Virus record (IMG/VR): IMGVR_UViG_3300028275_000007 | Direction: 5' to 3' (one strand) | Source: a virus | Taxonomy: Duplodnaviria; Caudoviricetes | DNA: 64,000 nucleotides | Shown: piece by piece, positions 18,378-26,141 of the stretch | How the letters are laid out: every line of letters starts with the position of its first letter | Position numbering within the stretch: position 1 is the first letter of the stretch | The notes under the pieces: model-generated | The model's database searches: none | Told to the model about the DNA's origin: nothing | Seen by the model: the letters and a program-made list of their open reading frames with translations, nothing else | Program-made: the position numbers and the translations under genes

Positions 18378-19034
18378 TTAAATGATAGTTTTTTGATCGT
18401 TTTCATTTGAATATATAGTTCCCGGGAACGTTTTTTCAAAATCTTTAAAATTTATATGGGTTAAATTAGTTAGTGCAGGTCCCAATTTATCTGGAATAAA
18501 TGCACCATCTTGTATTACCCTAAAAAAATTAATGTGTCTAAACTCCTTTATAACTTTTTCTGTTTGACTAAGCCAATTTCCAAAGTACGTAGGTGCGTCT
18601 GTTGACTTTTTATAATTGTATGTATCTGCGTACACATTATTAAATTTTCCCTCTAATCCTTGATAATCGAACCCAAAAATGTATATATCTTTGTGTCCTT
18701 GTGTACAGGCTAACCATAATGCGGTAGGCCCTGAACTCCAGCCTTTATGAGGGTTAAAAAAGTTAATATGATGTTTAGTTTGTACACCTTTGTTAGGATT
18801 TGTCCATACTTGATGAGTTTTGTGATAGCCCGATGATATAATTTCATTGACCATTTTAACATCAACAGCTATTAGATAGTGAGGTTCATACTCTCTATAC
18901 TGTGCATTACAGCCGTAGACAACTCCTTTAGTAAGTAAGGATTCTGGATTTATTGTTAATCGACTTGTACCGTTACCTAGAACAAAGGCCGGATTATTGT
19001 GGTGGAGCTGCTTCTTCGCCAACTGGTGTTCCAT
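18378..19034 (-). CDS. Maf/DUF115 (MptE-like, sialyltransferase-related fold) family protein
   Basis: AFVLGNGTSR...VYGCNA...YLIAVD ... WSSGPTALWLA...IYIFGFDY is the typical motif order of that fold. The true start may lie a few codons downstream. Confidence 0.55.
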   Translation of the reverse strand: MEHQLAKKQLHHNNPAFVLGNGTSRLTINPESLLTKGVVYGCNAQYREYEPHYLIAVDVKMVNEIISSGYHKTHQVWTNPNKGVQTKHHINFFNPHKGWSSGPTALWLACTQGHKDIYIFGFDYQGLEGKFNNVYADTYNYKKSTDAPTYFGNWLSQTEKVIKEFRHINFFRVIQDGAFIPDKLGPALTNLTHINFKDFEKTFPGTIYSNENDQKTII

Positions 19035-19245
19035 ACATTTGTCTAATAAAACCCAGTTCAGACTCTTCTTCCATTTGATGCGCTTCTGATTGAAGTCGCA
19101 ATTGATTAATTTGACGTAGTGTCAAGCGAATTTTTCTATTATCTGTTAACTTAAGAATAGACTTATCTCTGCTAGAGTCGTATCTACGATCATTAGCAAA
19201 GTCGTTGTTTTTTTCGTTAAAATAAAAAAATTCGTTTAGAAGCAT
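18994..19245 (-). CDS. Hypothetical late protein (~83 aa, MLLNEFF...RKIRLTLRQINQLR)
   Basis: The track ORF starts at 19290 inside the portal gene. The ATG at 19245 follows a late promoter and gives the M-x-L-x-E N-terminus seen in other small late proteins. Confidence 0.6.
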   Translation of the reverse strand: MLLNEFFYFNEKNNDFANDRRYDSSRDKSILKLTDNRKIRLTLRQINQLRLQSEAHQMEEESELGFIRQMYGTPVGEEAAPPQ

Positions 19246-19249
19246 AATG

Positions 19250-19257
19250 TATTTATT
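19250..19257 (-). promoter_or_regulatory. Late promoter (AATAAATA) overlapping the portal stop codon
   Basis: The motif ends 4 nt before the ATG at 19245. Confidence 0.55.
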
Positions 19258-20959
19258 ACTGAACTGGTGCTTCTGCTGGAGCAGCTTCACCTTCGGCTCC
19301 TGGTTCGGCTTCAGCAGCCATATCAGGACTAGCTTCTGCTGATTGTCCAGCTAGGTCTGCTGCCATTCCTCCGGGAGTAATGCCTGCAGATCTTAATTGA
19401 CTCTGAGAATCCGGTGTTGCCTGTAGAGTATCGCCGTTTTCTTCTCTCCAAAGTTTTTCGTTTTCTTTGATCTCTTCCTCGGTCATTCCTAAGAATCGCT
19501 TCATAGCAAAACGTTTACTTAGATGAGGAATTTGAACAACTTGACTGAATGTTGCTGCTCTTGCTGTGTCAAGTTCTGATTGACGATAAGCAGCAAAGTT
19601 TTGTGGTGAATTAAATTTTAGCTCAAATAAACTATTATCAATGTTAATACCGTTGTTGTTTAACCAAAGTTTAAATTCTAGATCAAATGTTTCTACAATC
19701 ATAGATTGTAAACGTTTGCAGTACTCGTTAAAACGTAATTCTTGAATATACGCTGTGCCTACTTTACCATCAGAGATGTTGTTAGGCTGTTCATCAATGG
19801 CAGTAGGAAGGTATGAAGCAGGTATACGCAAAGCCCTAAAGAGCTTGTTAGTAAAATAACGTAGGTCAGTAATTTCGCCAAGGTTGGTACCTCCAGGTAG
19901 TGTTTCAACTTTAGAACCACGACCTTCAGCAGTTTGTGGGAAGAAGTAATCTTCGTTTACACTTAGTGGATTATAACTAGCGTCTATAACGTTATTTCCA
20001 CCGCCGGTTGAACTAGGAATACGTCGTTGTTGAATTTCATTTTTAACCCGTTCAACAAAGCTCATAGCCATATGCGCTGGCATATTTCCAACGTCTACAT
20101 AGAAAATACGTCTTTCTGGAGCACGTTGTATACGATAGATAATAATAGCATCTTCAAGCAATTCTTTCTGCTTGTAGACTTTAAATACTGATTCTAGAAT
20201 ACTATTACCAAAAGGATAATTTGTATCTAAACCTTCTGATAATGAAATATGGACTACGTGTTTTGCATCAACTGTGATTTCGTTTTGTGCATTACTAAAA
20301 CGTGTGCCAGGAGGCTGTGCTGCTGCACCAACCATCCCTCGGCCAAAGCCTCCGCCGGATGTGTAAGAGCTTGAACCACTAGGTGATGTGTTAGTTGTAT
20401 TGTGTGGTGTTGTAGCAATTAAATTTACAAAATTAAAGTTAATATCTTTAATTCCGTACTGCTCAGGAACTTTACCTTCGCTTTCGTTAACAATAATTTT
20501 ATTAACCTTAGAAGGATCAACATATAACCATTTTTGAGTTTGTGGATCTCTAACAAAGAAACAATCTCCGTATTTTAATGTGTTACGGAAAATACGGAAA
20601 ATTCTAGTTTCAAACTGCTGTTCTTTAACCCACTTTTGTAGTGCGTCTTTTAAAATTTTAACTTCGGTTGAAGTAGGCGCACCTTTAAAAAATGTCTGGA
20701 ATGGTGTGCGATTTTCTTTATCTTTTTGTGTGCAAAATTCTGCAAGAATATCAAGTGCAGCATTAACTTCACTGTCCATATCCATTGTATCGTATTGCAT
20801 ATATTTTTCAACACGGTTTGGACTACCTGCATAAACATCCGGTAAAAAGCTAGAATAATTTGCTCTAGCAGGACCCGGACGGCCACGGCCCGAAATTGGG
20901 CTCATTGAACCTCCGTTGTTGCTAACATTAACAGGTGTAAAGTATTTTTTCCAACTCAT
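19256..20959 (-). CDS. gp20: Portal vertex protein, T4 gp20 family
   Basis: EDAIIIYRIQRAPERRIFYVDVGNMP, EDYFFPQTAEGRGSKVETLPGGTNLGEITDLRYF and ALRIPASYL are gp20 motifs. Confidence 0.97.
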   Translation of the reverse strand: MSWKKYFTPVNVSNNGGSMSPISGRGRPGPARANYSSFLPDVYAGSPNRVEKYMQYDTMDMDSEVNAALDILAEFCTQKDKENRTPFQTFFKGAPTSTEVKILKDALQKWVKEQQFETRIFRIFRNTLKYGDCFFVRDPQTQKWLYVDPSKVNKIIVNESEGKVPEQYGIKDINFNFVNLIATTPHNTTNTSPSGSSSYTSGGGFGRGMVGAAAQPPGTRFSNAQNEITVDAKHVVHISLSEGLDTNYPFGNSILESVFKVYKQKELLEDAIIIYRIQRAPERRIFYVDVGNMPAHMAMSFVERVKNEIQQRRIPSSTGGGNNVIDASYNPLSVNEDYFFPQTAEGRGSKVETLPGGTNLGEITDLRYFTNKLFRALRIPASYLPTAIDEQPNNISDGKVGTAYIQELRFNEYCKRLQSMIVETFDLEFKLWLNNNGINIDNSLFELKFNSPQNFAAYRQSELDTARAATFSQVVQIPHLSKRFAMKRFLGMTEEEIKENEKLWREENGDTLQATPDSQSQLRSAGITPGGMAADLAGQSAEASPDMAAEAEPGAEGEAAPAEAPVQ

Positions 20960-20962
20960 AGT

Positions 20963-23800
20963 TTATGCTCGATATAAGTTTCCAGACAAACTCTTAGTAG
21001 CATTGATTTGTTCATATGTGTTTGTTGTAGTCTGAGCACTTAGTTTAAGTAATTGTCCCATCTTAGTATTTAATTCCGCAAGCAGGGTTTCTGCTGATTC
21101 TTGAGTAGGTCCTCGTTCTTCAGCTCTTTTCTTTTCTTCTTCTTGTTTGGCTTTAGCAGCGGCTTCTTCCTCTGCTTTCTTAGCGGCTGCTGCACGTTGA
21201 GATTCTTTATCAGCTTCTATTGCAGTTTTGGCAGCATCTGCTTTTGCGGATGCTTGTTGTTCTCTTGTAGTAGGACTAGCGGTTTTAGCAGCATCTGCTT
21301 TTGGCACTAGGGCACTACCTTCTCTTGTAGCGTATTGTTTTAATAGTTCTTCTGGACCGGCTGTATAATCTACAGATGCTTGTTCAGCGGCCTTAGCAGC
21401 GGCTTCTCTACCTGCAAGTTCTTTTTTGGATAACTTATTGTTAGCTTCAGTGAAAAGTTGTTTTTCAGCAAATTTTTTCTTTTCAGCTTTGACTTCTGCA
21501 AGTTGAGTTTGGATTTTTGCATCTTTCTCTTCTTTGGCAGCTACCAATGCTTCGTCTCTGGCTTTGGCTCTAGCTTCTCTGTCTTTTTTACGCTGTTCGT
21601 AAACTTCGTCACTCATTCCGCCAAATCTATTTGGAATTAAGTTTAAGATTTTGTCTATCATTGCTTCAAACCCATCATTTAGGTTTGCAAATATTGCCTT
21701 AATTCCTTCTACACTAAAATATTTTCTAAATGTTTGCCAAACATCAGATATAACTTCACCTAGTGTTTTAAAATACTTAGAAACCGTTTCCGATTTCATA
21801 ACAACTTCATTGAACCATTTATAAACATCTGTGGCAGTATCTATTACCCACCCGAGTACTGCGCCTAGGATTTTAAATGCATCTCCTACTACCTGTCCAA
21901 CTTCGAGTATAGTTCTTTCTAACCAATCAAGACTCCCTACTAACTCGTTGCCGCTGGTAAAAATATCAGTTACAGCTTTCCAAAGATTATCTAAAGGTTG
22001 CATTAGTCCTGTGACAGCTTCCCATAGGCCGCCAAAAGCTGTTTCTGTAGCTTTGACCACACTACTCAAAATACCAAATAACCAGTTTAATCCTTCGTCT
22101 ACAAGATCTATAGCACCTTTAAAACTTTCAAATTGAAGGCTAACACCTTCTAATGTTTTGCTTATTTTTTGAATAATTGGTTCAAATATTATTTTAAGAC
22201 CAAAGCCTATTTTTTCAAATAGTGCGCCTACGACTGCAAATACCGGAGGTAACACTCTTGTTAGAATATCAATTATTGGTCTAAATCCTGCATCTAATGC
22301 TTTGAGAGCAGGAGCCAGTACTCCTGTAAATATCTGTGCAACTAGTTCAACTCCAGAAATCATTAAATCTAAAAATCCACTAGATGCTAGTAGTTCTGTA
22401 AAAGTATTACTGATGCTATTAAGCACCTGAGACATCTTTTGCATTTTTTCGTTAAAGCCGTCTGTGTTTTTCTTAGTTGACTCTTGTTGTTCGCCCGCGG
22501 TTTTAATAGCGTCCTTATTGACCTTATTCCAACTTCCTAAGGCTGCGGCTGTTCCTCGCATTTCTTCGCTGGCTGCTGCTGCGTATTTGATATTTTTCAA
22601 CGATGATGTTGCTTCGGCTCTACCAATATTCAAACTTTGATTCATTTGCTCTTGAGAAACCTTAACACCTCGTTGTGTTTGAGCGTGTAGGTTGGCAAAC
22701 TGAGCACCTAGTTGAGGCATTTGAGCTAGCAATGCTCGGTTAGCATCTGTAGTAGCAGTTCCGTTGGCAATTAAATCTTTGGCAAAGTCCTGCATTTCTT
22801 TGCTAGGCATACTTTGAATTAATGTCATTGCCGAAGCTTCAACCTCTGGTCCAAGACCTGCCATAGCCGCTCTAAACTGTCCGTCTGCTGCTAATGCTTC
22901 TCTTTCTTTTTCTTTTGCAGCACGTTCTTCTCCAGTTACCTTGGCCAGCATATCCATTTCTTTAAGATAGCTCTTAGCACCTGCTGCTAACTCTGCATTG
23001 GACTTTGTTCCTTGAGCGCCTTGGGCTCTTAACAACTTACCATAATTTGCAAGACCTTGATTTATTTCCTGTGTATTATATCCTAGAGCATAAAGGTCTG
23101 AACTTGTTGTTCTTAATGTTTTAGATACCTGTGCAAATCTCTTTGAGCCGTCTTCAGTAGTAACACCGAACGCCCCCATAGCTTCACCATTCTTAGAAAT
23201 TAAAGCACCAAATTCTGCAAGATTCATTCCAGCTGCTGATGCCGCTGCAGAAAATTGACCTATGCTTCCACCAAAGGTAGCACCAGATGCTGTAGCTTCA
23301 CCGTAGGCTTTGACCATTTTATCAGCTGCACCTGCCACTGCTCCAAACACTTTAGCTAATAATCCGCCAACACCTGGAATCATTGATAATACTTCTGCTG
23401 CGGAAGCTGCTGATCCGTCTATTTTAGATAATTTTTCTGCGGTGTCTACACCCGATTCTGCAAGTTTTGCCATTTTTCCAACAACAAATCCTGCACCAGT
23501 GGCTAATTTTCCAAGACCTCCTACAACTCCTCCTGCAGCTTTACCAAGGCCAAACATTGTCTTTCCTGCTGCGCCTGCGGCTTTGCTAAAAAACCCGCCA
23601 CCGCCTCCGGCTGGAGTACCGCCACCGAGACCTCCTCCTCCACCAGGAGATCCTCCACCACCAGGACCACCGCCACCACCTCGACCTCCTAATCCACCGC
23701 CTTTTATTGCTTTAAGGATTTCTTTTAAGGTAGCTTCAGTCGCGGCATTTTTGGCTTCAACGTTGCCAATTCCTGGGATATCAATGAATACACCTGCCAT
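20963..23800 (-). CDS. Tape-measure-like protein (945 aa)
   Basis: Long, Ala/Gly-rich and helical, with a region of regularly spaced W/F residues (aa ~480-720) and a typical LLAELNTKMGQLL C-terminus; divergent from gp26/gp51-like genes. Confidence 0.7.
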   Translation of the reverse strand: MAGVFIDIPGIGNVEAKNAATEATLKEILKAIKGGGLGGRGGGGGPGGGGSPGGGGGLGGGTPAGGGGGFFSKAAGAAGKTMFGLGKAAGGVVGGLGKLATGAGFVVGKMAKLAESGVDTAEKLSKIDGSAASAAEVLSMIPGVGGLLAKVFGAVAGAADKMVKAYGEATASGATFGGSIGQFSAAASAAGMNLAEFGALISKNGEAMGAFGVTTEDGSKRFAQVSKTLRTTSSDLYALGYNTQEINQGLANYGKLLRAQGAQGTKSNAELAAGAKSYLKEMDMLAKVTGEERAAKEKEREALAADGQFRAAMAGLGPEVEASAMTLIQSMPSKEMQDFAKDLIANGTATTDANRALLAQMPQLGAQFANLHAQTQRGVKVSQEQMNQSLNIGRAEATSSLKNIKYAAAASEEMRGTAAALGSWNKVNKDAIKTAGEQQESTKKNTDGFNEKMQKMSQVLNSISNTFTELLASSGFLDLMISGVELVAQIFTGVLAPALKALDAGFRPIIDILTRVLPPVFAVVGALFEKIGFGLKIIFEPIIQKISKTLEGVSLQFESFKGAIDLVDEGLNWLFGILSSVVKATETAFGGLWEAVTGLMQPLDNLWKAVTDIFTSGNELVGSLDWLERTILEVGQVVGDAFKILGAVLGWVIDTATDVYKWFNEVVMKSETVSKYFKTLGEVISDVWQTFRKYFSVEGIKAIFANLNDGFEAMIDKILNLIPNRFGGMSDEVYEQRKKDREARAKARDEALVAAKEEKDAKIQTQLAEVKAEKKKFAEKQLFTEANNKLSKKELAGREAAAKAAEQASVDYTAGPEELLKQYATREGSALVPKADAAKTASPTTREQQASAKADAAKTAIEADKESQRAAAAKKAEEEAAAKAKQEEEKKRAEERGPTQESAETLLAELNTKMGQLLKLSAQTTTNTYEQINATKSLSGNLYRA

Positions 23801-23828
23801 TAGTTATTTTTCCTGGGTAAAATGCGCA

Positions 23829-23836
23829 TATAAATA
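23829..23836 (+). promoter_or_regulatory. Perfect late promoter TATAAATA for the hub assembly genes
   Basis: 33 nt upstream of the ATG at 23870, with GGAG RBS. Confidence 0.8.
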
Positions 23837-23852
23837 GATTAGAGCACTATTG

Positions 23853-23860
23853 TATTTATT
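23853..23860 (-). promoter_or_regulatory. Late promoter (AATAAATA) for the tape-measure/portal operon
   Basis: Faces the plus-strand promoter at 23829. Confidence 0.6.
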
Positions 23861-23869
23861 GGAGACAAA

Positions 23870-24733
23870 ATGAGTGAGATCACAAACCCTATGCAGTCTA
23901 AACGAAATCCTTTGGCAAGTTTTTATAGACAGCCAAAAATTTATGTAACATTACCTTCTAAAGGAAAGTTTTATCCAAAAGGTGCATTAGATGTAAGTGC
24001 TAATGAACAATATGCCGTCTATGCTATGACTGCCAAAGACGAACTAATGTTTAAAACACCGGATGCTCTATTGTCAGGACAATCAACTGTAGAATTAATT
24101 AAAAGTTGTATTCCTGCAATATTAGATCCTTGGTCAATGCCTAGCATTGATTTAGATTTTGCTCTAATTGCTATTCGTATTGCTACCTACGGAGAAAAAA
24201 TGGAAGTAGGCTGTAACTGTCCTCATTGTAATGCTGAAAACTCTTATGAAATAGATCTTACTTCTTGGTTCCAGGTCTTTAGCAGTTTTAACTACGAAGA
24301 TAATATTAATATAGATCCGTTAACAGTACATATTAGACCGTACTCTTATAGAGAAATCACTAAAACTAGTATTAAAACATTAGAACAACAAAGAATTTTT
24401 AATATTGTCAACGATGAAAGTATGAGTGACGAAGAAAAATTAGAAAAGTTTGGCAAGAGTTTTGTTAAGTTAACTGAACTAACTGTTGATTTAATTGCAG
24501 ACTGCATTACTCAAATTGATGCACCGGAAGGTCCTGTTACAGACAAAACAATAATTAAAGATTTTATCAATAACTGTACCAAAGATATCTTTGATAAAAT
24601 TGCTGTGCATATTACATCAATGAAAGATCAGATTGAATTCAAAGCACAAGATGTTCAGTGCGGTGAATGCACTAAAGAATTTAGTTTGCCAATTACTATG
24701 GATCAGGCAAATTTTTTCGGCGTAAAATCTTAA
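23870..24733 (+). CDS. gp26: Baseplate hub assembly protein (T4 gp26-like)
   Basis: NPLASFYRQPKIYVTLPSKG, MTAKDELMFKTPDALLSG, DFALIAIRIATYGE, CPHC and a C-terminal CGEC. Confidence 0.75.
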   Translation: MSEITNPMQSKRNPLASFYRQPKIYVTLPSKGKFYPKGALDVSANEQYAVYAMTAKDELMFKTPDALLSGQSTVELIKSCIPAILDPWSMPSIDLDFALIAIRIATYGEKMEVGCNCPHCNAENSYEIDLTSWFQVFSSFNYEDNINIDPLTVHIRPYSYREITKTSIKTLEQQRIFNIVNDESMSDEEKLEKFGKSFVKLTELTVDLIADCITQIDAPEGPVTDKTIIKDFINNCTKDIFDKIAVHITSMKDQIEFKAQDVQCGECTKEFSLPITMDQANFFGVKS

Positions 24734-24735
24734 CA

Positions 24736-24945
24736 ATGTCTTTGCCGGAGATTTTACGCGAGTCCGAAAAATTAGATACTGAGGCAAAGATAATTAAAAA
24801 AGATTGCTTGAAACTCTGTTGGTATATGAGAGGTTTAAGCTATGCTGAAATAATGAATATGAGTTGGGACGAAAGAGAAATTATTGGTGAAATAATTAAA
24901 GAAAATTTAGAAACTACCAAAAAGACAGGATTAAGTTTCTTTTAA
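24736..24945 (+). CDS. Small hub assembly protein (gp51-like)
   Basis: 69 aa directly after the gp26-like gene; LCWYMRGLSYAEIMNMSWDEREI matches the tail assembly chaperone pattern. Confidence 0.55.
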   Translation: MSLPEILRESEKLDTEAKIIKKDCLKLCWYMRGLSYAEIMNMSWDEREIIGEIIKENLETTKKTGLSFF

Positions 24946-25181
24946 ATTTTTTGATAAATTTTTGCTAATTGACTTTTTTGTCTGTAGTCAAGTTCTTTAC
25001 CGTTAAGAATATTATATAAAATTTCTTTAGCTTCACTGTTTGATAATATACTAAAAGGAGAAGCAGCCGCAGGTGCTGCTTTTTTTTCTGGTCTAGCTTT
25101 AGAGGTTGGTTCTCCGTAGCCTTTTTTAAACCCGTCAATAAAACCTTCATCAACGGGTCTAACAAGATCAGCTAATTTCAT
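24942..25181 (-). CDS. Candidate internal head protein (79 aa)
   Basis: MKLADL...VDEGF N-terminus; last gene of a three-gene late operon. Confidence 0.55.
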   Translation of the reverse strand: MKLADLVRPVDEGFIDGFKKGYGEPTSKARPEKKAAPAAASPFSILSNSEAKEILYNILNGKELDYRQKSQLAKIYQKI

Positions 25182-26140
25182 TTTTTAAAAATTTTAAAAG
25201 TACCGTTGGCAATGGATTCAGCTACCATACGTTGTTTATGGCGTTCAATTGAATCAGTGAAATTACCCATTAAACGATCTCGGTCTGCATCAATCTCAGC
25301 TTGAGTAGGAGCTGCTGCTTTTTTACGGCCACCTTTCTTCTTAGGAGCTGGTTCAGCTGCAGGAGCAGCCGCAGGAGCAGCCGCAGGTGCTACTTGTTGA
25401 GCAGGTTCAGCCGCTGGTGCCGCTGCTGGTTGTTGTGCTGGTGCTGCTTGAGGTTCAGCTGCTGGTTGTTGTGCAGGTGCTGCACCTTTAGCTGCTGGTT
25501 GCGCTGCTGGCTGACCTACTGATTTTTGTAGCAATTGTAAAATACGCTGTTTGCCTTTTTTGTCAAGTTGATCAATTTGTGATTTAACTTGAGCATATGC
25601 TGTTTGATTAGGTTTTTCAGCCGCTGCTTGTTGAGCTCCTGGTTTTCCTGCTGCGGCTGCCGCTCCTCCGGCTTTGCCGCCAGGATATTTTGCATCAGGA
25701 CTTGCTGTGCCTCCAGGGGCTGCTGGTTGTGCGGCTGGTTCAGCTGCTGGTTGTGCTCCACCTTGTGCTGGTGCTGCTGGTTGTGCTCCGCCTTGTGCTG
25801 GTGCTGCTTGTTGAGCTGCGGGCTGTGCTCCGCCTTGTGCTGGTGCTGCTTGTTGAGCTGCGGGCTGTGCTCCGCCTTGTGCTGGTGCTGCTTGTTGCGC
25901 ACCGCCTGCGGCTGGTGCTACTGCCGGAGCTTCGTCGCCGCCGCTTGCTACATTAGACTTACCTGCTTGGTAACCTTTCTTAAGCGCAGATCCAAGACCT
26001 GCTACTCCACCCGCTACTGCGCCAACACCTTTGGCTAGTGTACCAACACCTTTGCCTACTGCTGATCCAATTTTGTTTAATAGTGGACCTTCTTGTAGCT
26101 CTACTTGTTGACTTTCAGTTAATAATTCGTTGATTCTCAT
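25178..26140 (-). CDS. Candidate internal head/ejection protein (320 aa), Ala/Gln/Pro-rich with tandem repeats
   Basis: MRINELLTES...LQEGP N-terminus and QQAAPAQGGAQPAA repeats. Confidence 0.65.
   Translation of the reverse strand: MRINELLTESQQVELQEGPLLNKIGSAVGKGVGTLAKGVGAVAGGVAGLGSALKKGYQAGKSNVASGGDEAPAVAPAAGGAQQAAPAQGGAQPAAQQAAPAQGGAQPAAQQAAPAQGGAQPAAPAQGGAQPAAEPAAQPAAPGGTASPDAKYPGGKAGGAAAAAGKPGAQQAAAEKPNQTAYAQVKSQIDQLDKKGKQRILQLLQKSVGQPAAQPAAKGAAPAQQPAAEPQAAPAQQPAAAPAAEPAQQVAPAAAPAAAPAAEPAPKKKGGRKKAAAPTQAEIDADRDRLMGNFTDSIERHKQRMVAESIANGTFKIFKK
25782..25897. repeat. 42-bp coding tandem repeat (~2.8 copies)
   Basis: tgtgctccgccttgtgctggtgctgcttgttgagctgcgggc at 25782 and 25824, and partial at 25866; related shorter units extend left to ~25745. 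Confidence 0.9.
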
Positions 26141-26141
26141 G

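Noticed and set aside
19246-19290. Upstream ATG (19290) for the 98-aa ORF
   Set aside because: It lies inside the portal gene and upstream of the late promoter; the ATG at 19245 fits better
25745-25897. CRISPR-like array
   Set aside because: The repeats are contiguous with no unique spacers, are multiples of 3 and lie in frame within a protein
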